56,018 nt of DNA. Origin: a virus. Lineage: Duplodnaviria; Caudoviricetes. The stretch's first letter is position 1, and the number at the start of each line of letters is the position of its first letter. Positions 1 to 8,548 of this stretch are shown here, one piece after another. The DNA lies in IMG/VR virus record IMGVR_UViG_3300043409_000151, positions 1 to 56,018 of that record; one strand, given 5' to 3'. A program made the translations under genes and the position numbers. The notes under the pieces are model-generated. The model worked only from the letters and a program-made list of their open reading frames with translations, made no database searches and was not told where the DNA came from.

Positions 1-22
1 TGGGGCGGGCCCCGCCCCCCCC

Positions 23-135
23 ACATGGACTGGCGGAATCCGACCCCCCGCCATTTGTACCCAACCTCTTAAAGCAAGACCCAAAAAATAGAACGTGTAA
101 AGTTACACCACCCCTTGACATCCCCGTCACCTCCC
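23..135. repeat. Terminal direct repeat, left copy (113 bp)
   Basis: Identical to 55906-56018; indicates a circular or circularly permuted complete genome (assembly overlap or true terminal repeat). Confidence 0.95.
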
Positions 136-145
136 GTGCTATATT
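115..145 (+). promoter_or_regulatory. Putative sigma70-type promoter for packaging genes, possibly giving a leaderless mRNA
   Basis: TTGACA 115-120 and TG-C-TATATT extended -10 at 137-145 (19-bp spacer); predicted start site falls on ATG 152, which has no SD. Confidence 0.5.
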
Positions 146-151
146 GCACGC

Positions 152-631
152 ATGGACAACCTCCCCCTCAATCACACCAAGTGGAATGACCGGCTGGCCT
201 TCGACGTGGCGCTCACCCTCGAAGGCAGTGGTGAGACGTTGCAGGAAGTCATCACACGCCACAACATCTCGGCCAACGACATCCTCACGTTCAACACCGA
301 CCCGGTGTTCTTGAAGAAGGTGGAGGGATACCGCACCGAGGTGCGCGAGAAAGGGTTGACGTTCAAGCTCAAGGCCCGCGCCCAAGCCGAAGAACTGCTC
401 ACCACCTCGTGGCTCTTGATCCATGACCCCGCAGTCTCCCCCGCCGTGAAGGCCGACCTGATCAAGTCCACCGTGAAGTGGGCCGGGTTGGAGCCGAAGA
501 ACGATGTGTCTGTGGAAAATGGCGGCGGTGGCGTGAAGATCACCATCAACCTCGGCCCAGACCCCCGCGACGCACGCACCATCGAAGCGACCACCACCGA
601 GATTGAAGATGCAACTCCCATCGAACATTGA
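152..631 (+). CDS. terS: Probable terminase small subunit
   Basis: Two genes upstream of terL; helical 159-aa protein with a GGGGVKITINLG C-terminal strand typical of TerS. Confidence 0.6.
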   Translation: MDNLPLNHTKWNDRLAFDVALTLEGSGETLQEVITRHNISANDILTFNTDPVFLKKVEGYRTEVREKGLTFKLKARAQAEELLTTSWLLIHDPAVSPAVKADLIKSTVKWAGLEPKNDVSVENGGGGVKITINLGPDPRDARTIEATTTEIEDATPIEH

Positions 632-818
632 AGACTTGTTTACCCAAAACTTCAACGGCTTTCGCTCAGTGAAGGTGCGCACCGCCACCGAGGCCGTGGC
701 CGTGGAGAACGAACTCAACCGCCAGAGCAAGTCGTTCCAGACCAAGATCACACGCAGCAAGAAGCACGGGCGCGAGTTCGTGATCCTGTTGGTCAGCGGA
801 GCCGCACATGCCGCTTGA
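609..818 (+). CDS. Hypothetical protein
   Basis: Overlaps terS and terL ends; genome-typical codon usage. Confidence 0.6.
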   Translation: MQLPSNIEDLFTQNFNGFRSVKVRTATEAVAVENELNRQSKSFQTKITRSKKHGREFVILLVSGAAHAA

Positions 819-2196
819 TATTTCATACACCCCGCCGCCCACGGGCAAGAAGTTCATGGCGTCCAACGCCAAGATGCGCACCCTGATGGGGCCGGTCGGC
901 TCGGGCAAGTCCGTCACCTGCTCGTTCGAGGTGGTGCGCCGTGCGTCCATGCAAGCGCCCAACGCGCAGGGCATACGCAAGTCCCGTGCGGCCATCGTCC
1001 GTGAAACCGTGCGCCAGTTGCAGGACACCACCATCAAGACCTTCCTCGACTGGTTCCCACCGGGCCAGTGCGGGGACTACATGCGCACCACCAAGACCTA
1101 CTTCTTCAAGGTGGGCGACGTGGAGTGCGAGATCATGTTCCGGGCGCTGGACGACGCCGACGACGTGGCGAACTTGAACTCGCTGGAATTGACCTTCGCA
1201 TGGTTCAACGAGTGCCGGGACATCCACCCCGACATCGTGGACGCCATGTCCAAACGTATTGGGCGGTTTCCTTCGGCCAAAGACGGTGGGCCGACGTGGC
1301 ATGGCATGTGGGCAGACACCAACCCGCCGACGATGGACACATGGTGGTACTACCAGATGGAGGGGCTTGACCCCAAGGATGGCGTGTCGCCCAACAACAA
1401 CGGCTGGGATGTGTTCAAGCAACCCTCCGGGCGCAGCGTCTACGCCGAGAACATCGAGAACTTGCCAGAGGGGTATTACGACACCCAAGGCCGCAGCGAA
1501 GAATACATCCGTGTCTACATCGACGGTGACTACGGGTTGTCCAGCGCCGGTATGCCGGTGTACAAATACTTCCGGCCTGACTACCACATGGCGAAGGAGC
1601 GCCTGCGGCCCATCGTCAACGGCGTGCGGCCCATCGTCATTGGTATGGACTTAGGGTTAACCCCAGCAGCCGTGATCGGGCAGCAAGACCCACGGGGCCG
1701 TGCCCTCGTCCTCGACGAGTGTGTGAGCTTCGACATGGGGGTGCAGCGGTTTGTGCGCACCATGCTCAAGCCCTTGCTGTACGAACGCTTCCCCGGCGCT
1801 CCGGTGCTCATCGTCGTTGACCCAGCGGGCACGCAGCGGGCGCAGACCGACGAACGCTCGGCGGTGGACATCATCAAAGCCGAGGGGATGAAAGTCATCC
1901 CGGCCAAGACCAACGCCGTCGCGGCCCGCATCAACGCCGTGGACGAGTACCTCATGCGACAGGTGGACGGCGACCCGGCGTTCCTTGTCGATCCGCGCTG
2001 CACGCAACTCAAAGCGGCCATGATGGGCGGCTACCGCTTCAAGCCCAAGGGCGATGGGGACATCGACAAGAACAAGCACTCGCACGTGGCCGAAGCCTTG
2101 CAGTACCTGATGTTGCACATTGGCAACGCCAGCGAGGGGCACACGCTCCAGCAGCGCAGGGAGATCAAACGGGTCGCGTCGGCGGGCTGGACGTGA
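808..2196 (+). CDS. terL: Terminase large subunit
   Basis: Walker A GPVGSGKS, Walker B-like FAWFNE, DTNPP coupling motif, RNase H-like nuclease GMDLG...DPAG...SHVAEALQY. Confidence 0.95.
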   Translation: MPLDISYTPPPTGKKFMASNAKMRTLMGPVGSGKSVTCSFEVVRRASMQAPNAQGIRKSRAAIVRETVRQLQDTTIKTFLDWFPPGQCGDYMRTTKTYFFKVGDVECEIMFRALDDADDVANLNSLELTFAWFNECRDIHPDIVDAMSKRIGRFPSAKDGGPTWHGMWADTNPPTMDTWWYYQMEGLDPKDGVSPNNNGWDVFKQPSGRSVYAENIENLPEGYYDTQGRSEEYIRVYIDGDYGLSSAGMPVYKYFRPDYHMAKERLRPIVNGVRPIVIGMDLGLTPAAVIGQQDPRGRALVLDECVSFDMGVQRFVRTMLKPLLYERFPGAPVLIVVDPAGTQRAQTDERSAVDIIKAEGMKVIPAKTNAVAARINAVDEYLMRQVDGDPAFLVDPRCTQLKAAMMGGYRFKPKGDGDIDKNKHSHVAEALQYLMLHIGNASEGHTLQQRREIKRVASAGWT

Positions 2197-2206
2197 TATG
2201 CTCACA

Positions 2207-2283
2207 CCACTGCGCTCGCAGTTGTCACCTCCCCCTTCTCCGAGGGTTTCCCCCGGCTGCGAAAGCACCGGGGGTTTCTTTTT
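2207..2283 (+). ncRNA. Candidate ~75-nt structured small RNA with an anti-SD sequence
   Basis: TG-A-TATGCT extended -10 at 2194-2202; hairpin 2209-2222; TCACCTCC at 2225-2232; second hairpin; ends in an intrinsic terminator. Confidence 0.35.
2250..2283 (+). terminator. Rho-independent terminator
   Basis: CCCCCGG-CTGC-GAAA-GCA-CCGGGGG followed by TTTCTTTTT. Confidence 0.85.
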
Positions 2284-2285
2284 GG

Positions 2286-2314
2286 TTGACAGCATGTATA
2301 CTTGTTGGTAGAAC
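2286..2314 (+). promoter_or_regulatory. Putative sigma70 promoter of the head operon
   Basis: TTGACA-N17-TAGAAC immediately after the terminator; AAGGAG SD downstream. Confidence 0.6.
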
Positions 2315-2339
2315 CCTGTCAAACAGGTAAGGAGCGACC

Positions 2340-2555
2340 ATGCAATGCAGCCAAGCGAAACCGTTCACGATGACATCCAACAACTCCAAGATGGGTGGCG
2401 CAGCCATCAAGTCCTACGAGAAGGGTGGCATGGTAACGAAGCCCAAAGAGAAGGGCATCTACACCGCTGAGATGGGTCAGCCCCCACAAGACATCGACGG
2501 TGGCTCGGCCCCCCGCAAGCCCGCAAAACCCGCACCAGCACCCAAAAAGAAGTAA
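2340..2555 (+). CDS. Small basic protein carrying the SYEKGGMV motif
   Basis: AAGGAG SD; Lys/Pro-rich tail. Confidence 0.75.
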   Translation: MQCSQAKPFTMTSNNSKMGGAAIKSYEKGGMVTKPKEKGIYTAEMGQPPQDIDGGSAPRKPAKPAPAPKKK

Positions 2556-2556
2556 C

Positions 2557-2958
2557 ATGAAACGCGCCGCGAACCCCACCAAGACATCGCAGCCGTACAT
2601 CCGCTCTTACGAAAAGGGCGGCATGGTTGTCGATCCAGAGCGTTTGCAGATTGCTGGTGGGGGTAGCACCATCAACGAGGCAAATGTTAAAGGTGCCGCT
2701 GGTGGAGGCCGTGTGGGATATAGGTTTGCCGCTGGCCCAAACGCAGATGTTACCGCAGGTGTGTCCGGGTCTATGTCGCGGGTAAAGGTCAATACACCTG
2801 AAGGGGTGCGGCACTACGCCGATAAGCGGCTCACTGGGGTTGATTTGACATATCGTAAAGGCAATACCAGCGTTGGTGTTGGTGTTAGCAAAGGCCCGAC
2901 TCCTGATACGCCGCAGGGCGAAAAACGCTTGTCGTTGACATATCGGAAGGAATTTTGA
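2557..2958 (+). CDS. SYEKGGMV-tagged protein with a beta-strand-rich, outer-membrane-barrel-like body
   Basis: ATG 2557 follows TAA-C; alternating amphipathic strands; C-terminus LSLTYRKEF; stop overlaps portal ATG. Confidence 0.7.
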   Translation: MKRAANPTKTSQPYIRSYEKGGMVVDPERLQIAGGGSTINEANVKGAAGGGRVGYRFAAGPNADVTAGVSGSMSRVKVNTPEGVRHYADKRLTGVDLTYRKGNTSVGVGVSKGPTPDTPQGEKRLSLTYRKEF

Positions 2959-5015
2959 TGGCCGGACTGCAATTCCTGCGAGTCGTCAGCAACTCCGAGC
3001 TTGCCAAGCAGGAGCAGGAGGCGACGAACCGTGCGCTCTCTGAGCGCCAGAACCAGCCCGTGATCCTTGGCCTTGCCGGGTATCTGCGGCAGTGCTGGGA
3101 TGTGGCCCGCCTTGCCAAGCGCCCCATCGAGTACAAGATGCTGTCCGCGATGCGCCAGCGCAACGGCGAGTACGAAGCAGACAAGCTGCAACAAATTCGT
3201 GGACAGGGCGGCTCCGAGATTTACATGATGATCACCGAAGTCAAGTGCCGCGCTGCGGAGTCTTGGCTCAGGGACATCTTGCTCGACAACGGCTCACCCC
3301 CTTGGGACTTGAGCGCCTCGCCCATCCCCGACCTCGCGCCCGCGCAGACGAAAGAAGTGCAGGCCATGTTTGCAGAGCGTGTGCTCAAGATGGTCGAGGA
3401 GTACGGTAAAGCGCCCAGCGCCGAGGAGATGCGCGAGATCAAGGAGATGGTGTCGCAGGACTACCGCTTCGCCATTTTGCAAGAAGCCCAGATTCGCGCC
3501 GACCGGATGAAGGTCAAGATTCAAGACCAGTTCGCGCAAGGCGGCTGGGAAGCGTCGTTCAACGACTTCATTACCGATCTCGTCACCTTCCCCGCAGCCT
3601 TCATCAAAGGGCCGGTGGTGCGCCGCCAGCGCACGCTGGGCTGGAAGACAGACGCCTCGGGCCGCACCATCGTGGAACCCATCGAGCGCCTTGGGCCGGA
3701 GTACGAGCGGGTCGATCCGTTTCGCATCTACCCCGAGCCGGGGATCAGCAATATCAGCGAGGGGTACATCTTCGAGTTGCACCGCATGACCCGCATGGAA
3801 CTGTCCGACCTGATCGGCGTTCCGGGGTATGACGAAGACGCAGTTCGCAAGGTGCTCGACGAGGGCAATGGCACCTCGTGGATCAACGAAGACGTGGAAC
3901 TCCAGAAGGACGAGGAGGAGCGCAAGTACTACGCCTACATGCGCCCAACCACCGAGTACGACGCGCTGGAGTTCTGGGGCAAGGTCAGCGGCAAGATGCT
4001 CGTCGAGTGGGGTCTGACCGCAGATGAAGTGCCTGACGAAGCCCGCGAGTACGACGCCAACGTCTGGATGGTGGGCAACTACGTCATCAAGGCGGTGCTC
4101 AACTATGACCCGCTGGGCGAGAAGCCCTACGCCAAGACCTCGTTCATCAAGTGCCCCGGCGCGTTCTGGGGTAAGGGTATACCCGAGATCATCGAAGACT
4201 TGCAGGGTGTGTGCAACGCCGCTGCCCGTGCGCTGGTCAACAACATGGGCATCTCGTCTGGCCCACAGGTCGAGGTCAACGTCGAGCGCCTGCCGCCCAA
4301 CGAGGACATCACCACACTGACGCCTTGGAAAATCTGGCAGACCATCAACGACCCGGTGGGTTCGAGCGCACCGGCCATCCGGTTCACGCAGCCCGACTCA
4401 CGGGCCACCGAGTTGGTGGGTGTGTACGAGAAGTTCAGCCGTCTGGCCGACGACCACTCGGGCATCCCGGCCTACGTCTACGGCGACTTGAACGTGCAGG
4501 GTGCTGGCCGCACGTCGTCTGGCCTGTCCATGCTCATGGGCGCGGCAGGCAAGGGCATTCGCCAAGTCGTGATGCACATCGACAGCGATGTGGTCAAACC
4601 CATTGTGCTTCGTCAGTTCGTGTACAACATGCGCTACGACGAAGACGAGGCCATCAAGGGCGATGTTGTGGTGATCGCCAAAGGCGCGATCAACCTCGCA
4701 GTCAAGGAGACTGTCAACATTCGCCGAATCGAGTTCCTCAATGCAACCGCCAACCCCGTGGATATGGAAATCATGGGCAAGGAAGGACGCGCCACCATCT
4801 TGCGAGAAGTGGCGAAAGGGTTGCAGATGTCTGCGGAGGATGTCATTCCCTCTCGGGAGAAGTCAGGTTATCAGGGTCGGATTCAGTCTAGGGCGATGGC
4901 TGCTCAAGCACAGCAGCAAGCCCCAGTACCCGGCGCGGAAAACCCTGATGGTTCGCCCAAAGGCGGGATGGAAGCCAACACAGTACAAAGCCGAGCAAGT
5001 GGGAGAGCAGCGTGA
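2958..5015 (+). CDS. Portal protein
   Basis: ~685 aa between terminase and scaffold; RVDPFRIYPEP and FWGKGIPEIIEDLQ...NAAARALVNN motifs of P22-like/podovirus portals; Gln-rich tail. Confidence 0.9.
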   Translation: MAGLQFLRVVSNSELAKQEQEATNRALSERQNQPVILGLAGYLRQCWDVARLAKRPIEYKMLSAMRQRNGEYEADKLQQIRGQGGSEIYMMITEVKCRAAESWLRDILLDNGSPPWDLSASPIPDLAPAQTKEVQAMFAERVLKMVEEYGKAPSAEEMREIKEMVSQDYRFAILQEAQIRADRMKVKIQDQFAQGGWEASFNDFITDLVTFPAAFIKGPVVRRQRTLGWKTDASGRTIVEPIERLGPEYERVDPFRIYPEPGISNISEGYIFELHRMTRMELSDLIGVPGYDEDAVRKVLDEGNGTSWINEDVELQKDEEERKYYAYMRPTTEYDALEFWGKVSGKMLVEWGLTADEVPDEAREYDANVWMVGNYVIKAVLNYDPLGEKPYAKTSFIKCPGAFWGKGIPEIIEDLQGVCNAAARALVNNMGISSGPQVEVNVERLPPNEDITTLTPWKIWQTINDPVGSSAPAIRFTQPDSRATELVGVYEKFSRLADDHSGIPAYVYGDLNVQGAGRTSSGLSMLMGAAGKGIRQVVMHIDSDVVKPIVLRQFVYNMRYDEDEAIKGDVVVIAKGAINLAVKETVNIRRIEFLNATANPVDMEIMGKEGRATILREVAKGLQMSAEDVIPSREKSGYQGRIQSRAMAAQAQQQAPVPGAENPDGSPKGGMEANTVQSRASGRAA

Positions 5016-5227
5016 TCAAGCCCGCACCGCAAGTCATCAAAGGATTGGCGATGGCCGTCCGGCAACACCCAGAACTTCTGGCGTGGATGGAAGGCGTGTA
5101 CGCGCATGAGATGAAGCGACTCCCGTTTGCGATTGACAATCCAGCAGTGTTTCAGGGGCGCTGCCAGATGATGGGTGAACTCATTGAGTTCGCCAAAGAA
5201 TCCCCTGCGATAGCGGCAAAGTTATGA
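5012..5227 (+). CDS. Small portal-adjacent hypothetical protein
   Basis: GTGA overlap with portal; FQGRCQ motif of the kind seen in small genes after podovirus portals. Confidence 0.75.
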   Translation: MIKPAPQVIKGLAMAVRQHPELLAWMEGVYAHEMKRLPFAIDNPAVFQGRCQMMGELIEFAKESPAIAAKL

Positions 5228-5273
5228 TGCAACTCGCCGTCTTTATTCACGCACACCGATAGGAGCGTTCAAC

Positions 5274-6311
5274 ATGGCAATTCCAGAGCAAATTCGCAAA
5301 CAGACCGAGGCCGTACAGCAGTTGTATGCGCAACTCAACCCGGACGACAACACAGGCGGAGCATCCTCCGCCAATGGCACCGTCACGCCCGTTGAGAACA
5401 CCAACAACATGCAGACCGCCGACGAGAACGCTGCGTCGAATAATGCTTCTCCGTCACCCGTAGATGAGCAGAAAACGGGTGCTGACAACGCACCGGAAGA
5501 AACCGTCGTCCAGAAGTACAAAACACTTCAGGGCATGTACAACGCTGAAGTCCCGCGCCTGCACCAGCAGAACCGCGAGATGACCCAGCGCGTGCAGCAG
5601 ATGGAACAGTTGCTTGCCTCGCTGTCTGCACAGCAAGCGAGCGCCCAGCCCCAACAACAAGTCGCCGAGAAGATCGTCACCGACAAAGATGTTGAGGAAT
5701 ACGGCGAGTCGCTTGATGTGATGCGCAAGGTGTCCCGCGAGGAGTTATCTCCCGTGGCACAGCGCCTTGCCAAGATCGAGGGGATGCTTCAGCAGATGCA
5801 GATGAACGTGGTGCCACAGGTGCAAGCCGTGGCGCATCGTCAGCAGATGTCCGCCGAGCAACAGTTCTGGGCTGAATTGACGACCACTGTCCCCAACTTC
5901 CGTCAGGTGAACGACAACGCCGACTTCCAGTCGTGGTTGTTGCAAGCTGACCCGTTGACGGGCATCACACGTCAAACATACCTTGACGACGCACAACGCA
6001 ACCTCGATGCAAATCGAGTTGGCAATTTCTTCCGTGCTTGGCTAGAGTCCACTGGACAAGTTGCAGTTGCTCAATCCACTGGTCGCGCTGCCAGTTCTGA
6101 GTTGGAAAAGCAGGTCGCCCCCGGTCGCTCAAGAGGTGCCGGTTCCCCTGCAAACCCCAGCCAAGGCAAGACATACTCGCCCACGGACATCACGAAATTT
6201 TTCACCGATGTCCGCACCGGCAAGTACAAAGGCCGAGAGCAGGAGCGTGACCGAATCGAACGCGATATTTTCGCTGCCCAGCGAGAAAACCGCATTACCG
6301 CAAATGCCTGA
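5274..6311 (+). CDS. Capsid scaffolding protein
   Basis: Directly upstream of capsid gene; acidic disordered N-terminus, coiled coil (YKTLQGMYNAEVPRL), C-terminal ENRI-type coat-binding end. Confidence 0.8.
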   Translation: MAIPEQIRKQTEAVQQLYAQLNPDDNTGGASSANGTVTPVENTNNMQTADENAASNNASPSPVDEQKTGADNAPEETVVQKYKTLQGMYNAEVPRLHQQNREMTQRVQQMEQLLASLSAQQASAQPQQQVAEKIVTDKDVEEYGESLDVMRKVSREELSPVAQRLAKIEGMLQQMQMNVVPQVQAVAHRQQMSAEQQFWAELTTTVPNFRQVNDNADFQSWLLQADPLTGITRQTYLDDAQRNLDANRVGNFFRAWLESTGQVAVAQSTGRAASSELEKQVAPGRSRGAGSPANPSQGKTYSPTDITKFFTDVRTGKYKGREQERDRIERDIFAAQRENRITANA

Positions 6312-6327
6312 TTAAAGGAGTTACATC

Positions 6328-7251
6328 ATGTCTTATCCCGTTTCCCCCGGTCGTCCCAATTACAGCGGCAACTTCATTCCCGAAATCTGGTCGGGCAAAC
6401 TGATCGAGAACTTCTACGACGCCACCGTGCTCGCAGCGATCTCGAACACCGACTACGAAGGTGAAATCCGCCAGTACGGCGACGCCGTGAACATCCGCAC
6501 CACGCCGGAAATCACCATCCGCGACTACGTGAAGGGCCAAACCCTGACCGTGGAAAATCCTGACAAGCCAAAAATCCAACTGTTGATCGACAAGGGCGAG
6601 TACTTTGCCTGCGTTGAGGACGATGTGGACAAGGTTCAGTCGGACATCAACCTGATGGACACTTGGACGAAAGACGCTTCCGAGCGTATGAAGATCAAGA
6701 TCGACCAGCGCGTGTTGACCGACATCCTGCCCGGTATCGCCTCTACCAACAAGGGTGCTACCGCTGGTGAGCAGTCTGCCTCGTTCAACCTCGGCACGAC
6801 CGGCGCTCCGCTGACCGTGACCAAGGACGGCGCATCGAGCACCACTTCCGTTGTTGACCTGTTGGTTGACCTCGGCACCGTGCTGGACGAAGCCAACGCC
6901 CCCGAAGGCGACCGCTTTGTGGTCATCCCCGCCAAGATGGCTGGTCTGATCAAGAAGTCCGAACTGAAGGACGCTTCGCTCACCGGCGACAGCATGTCCA
7001 TCGTTCGCAACGGTCGTCTCGGTATGATTGACCGCTTCACCGTCTACGTCAGTCACAACCTTGCTGTGTCTTCTGGCAAGTACAACATCATCGCCGGTCA
7101 CAAGATGGGCTTCACGTTTGCGTCGCAGATGACGAACATGGAAACCATCCGTTCCGAGTCCACCTTCGGCAACATCGTCCGTGGCCTTCAGGTCTACGGT
7201 TACAAGGTTGTCAAAGGCGAAGCTCTGTCCACCGCCGTCGTGCAATTCTGA
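6328..7251 (+). CDS. Major capsid protein (HK97 fold, P22 coat-like)
   Basis: NFIPEIWSGKL, NTDYEGEI..GD.V.I, RFVVIP, NG.LG.IDRFTVYVSHNL, RGLQVYG.KVV; strong SD; highly biased codons. Confidence 0.92.
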   Translation: MSYPVSPGRPNYSGNFIPEIWSGKLIENFYDATVLAAISNTDYEGEIRQYGDAVNIRTTPEITIRDYVKGQTLTVENPDKPKIQLLIDKGEYFACVEDDVDKVQSDINLMDTWTKDASERMKIKIDQRVLTDILPGIASTNKGATAGEQSASFNLGTTGAPLTVTKDGASSTTSVVDLLVDLGTVLDEANAPEGDRFVVIPAKMAGLIKKSELKDASLTGDSMSIVRNGRLGMIDRFTVYVSHNLAVSSGKYNIIAGHKMGFTFASQMTNMETIRSESTFGNIVRGLQVYGYKVVKGEALSTAVVQF

Positions 7252-7252
7252 T

Positions 7253-7275
7253 GACTGGGGGCTTCGGCCCCCGTC
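7253..7275 (+). terminator. GC-rich C(UUCG)G hairpin after capsid gene (weak terminator or stabiliser)
   Basis: GGGGGC-TTCG-GCCCCC with a poor U-tract. Confidence 0.6.
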
Positions 7276-7303
7276 TTCGTCCAAACACTGAAAGGAAATT
7301 AAA

Positions 7304-7771
7304 ATGACTGCATTTACCGACTCTTTGGGGTTCAACAAAGGCACCGCTGCCTTCCCCGCCAATGTGACCGAAGTCTCTAAGTTTGAGGTTAAGCTCGACT
7401 TTGCTGCAATCGTCGCTGCCCGTTCCGCTGCTGGTGCTACCGCACTGGCTGCTACCGACACACTGCAAGTAATCAGCCTCCCGGCTGGTTCCGTGGTGCT
7501 GTCTGCGGGTGTGCAAGTGACTAAGGTCGAGTCTACGAATACCACGGCGACTTTTGATCTTGGCTTCACTGGGGGTTCTCCGGCTGCTGCGAATGCTTAT
7601 GCAAACGACGCAGCCTCAAACGCTTTGGGTTACACCATCGCGTCTTTGGCGAACCCGACCGCAGTGACCGCTGCGGATACCATTGATGTCCTGATCAATA
7701 CGGCTGCGCCGACTGATTGCGTGGTCAGTGTGTTTGCCATCGTGGCTAACGTAGCTGCAAGCTACGCCTAA
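7304..7771 (+). CDS. Probable capsid decoration/cement protein
   Basis: Follows capsid gene; Ala/Thr-rich beta protein with DTLQVISLPAGSVVL motif. Confidence 0.6.
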   Translation: MTAFTDSLGFNKGTAAFPANVTEVSKFEVKLDFAAIVAARSAAGATALAATDTLQVISLPAGSVVLSAGVQVTKVESTNTTATFDLGFTGGSPAAANAYANDAASNALGYTIASLANPTAVTAADTIDVLINTAAPTDCVVSVFAIVANVAASYA

Positions 7772-7776
7772 ACCCT

Positions 7777-7796
7777 GTGGGGGCTTCGGCCCCTAC
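7777..7796 (+). terminator. Second UUCG hairpin
   Basis: GTGGGGGC-TTCG-GCCCCTAC. Confidence 0.55.
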
Positions 7797-7814
7797 TCTT
7801 AAAAGGAGAACATC

Positions 7815-8150
7815 ATGGGTGTTTATACGGGTATTGCACAAGACAATGTAACCATCAACAGCGGCAAAGCAGTTTTGCAGACGCTGACTGTGACTGGTGC
7901 ATTGACTGCTTCCGGTGGCGTTGCTGGTACTCTCACCGGCGACGTAGACGCGACGGCTGGGTACATTCAGCTTCGCACCGCAACTGCTACACAGATCGGC
8001 GCTATCGGCGATGCTGTCAATACGGCGGGTAAAGCTGCTGGGACTATCGTGTTTGACACGACCAACAGCCGACTGATGGTTGCGACAGGTGCCAACGCTA
8101 ACTCGACTTGGGTTCGAGCCGATGGTACCAACGCAGTCACTCCGGCGTGA
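7815..8150 (+). CDS. Virion structural protein (head fibre-like)
   Basis: AAGGAG SD; GTIVFDTTNSRLMVA..W motif of phage fibre domains. Confidence 0.6.
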   Translation: MGVYTGIAQDNVTINSGKAVLQTLTVTGALTASGGVAGTLTGDVDATAGYIQLRTATATQIGAIGDAVNTAGKAAGTIVFDTTNSRLMVATGANANSTWVRADGTNAVTPA

Positions 8151-8160
8151 TGTAAACTGG

Positions 8161-8181
8161 CAGGGGGCTTCATGCCCCCTG
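8161..8181 (+). terminator. Intergenic hairpin
   Basis: CAGGGGGC-TTCAT-GCCCCCTG. Confidence 0.55.
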
Positions 8182-8199
8182 TTCGTATAGGAGATTAGG

Positions 8200-8547
8200 A
8201 TGACAGCCAAGCGTATTCCGGCACTGACCGTATTGACCGGCGCACAGTCTGCGACGGACGATAAGCTCGTCATCTTCGACGCGACCGCCAACGAGACGAA
8301 GGCGATTACCCTTCAGCAACTGACCATTGCACAGGCAGCGTACCAACGAGTCCAGAATTTTACCGGCAACGGAAGCACAGTTGCTTTCACGCTGACCTAC
8401 GATCCCGGCAATGAGAACAACACGCAGGTGTTCGTCAACGGGGTCTACCAGCAAAAGAATACCTACGGTGTGAGCGGCACGACACTGACGTTCTCGCAAG
8501 CTCCGCCGTTGACTTCGACCATCGAAGTAATGATCCAGAGGGCTTGA
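8200..8547 (+). CDS. Fibre-associated structural protein
   Basis: N-terminal KRIPALT motif; FTGNGSTVAFTL...VFVNGVYQ...TLTFSQAP fibre repeat. Confidence 0.7.
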   Translation: MTAKRIPALTVLTGAQSATDDKLVIFDATANETKAITLQQLTIAQAAYQRVQNFTGNGSTVAFTLTYDPGNENNTQVFVNGVYQQKNTYGVSGTTLTFSQAPPLTSTIEVMIQRA

Positions 8548-8548
8548 C

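Noticed and set aside
7230-7304. Possible capsid frameshift/readthrough into the next gene (T7 10B-like)
   Set aside because: Tandem TGA-TGA stops, no slippery site, and the next gene has its own SD
6295-7569. 424-aa antisense ORF across the capsid gene
   Set aside because: Shadow of strongly biased capsid codons
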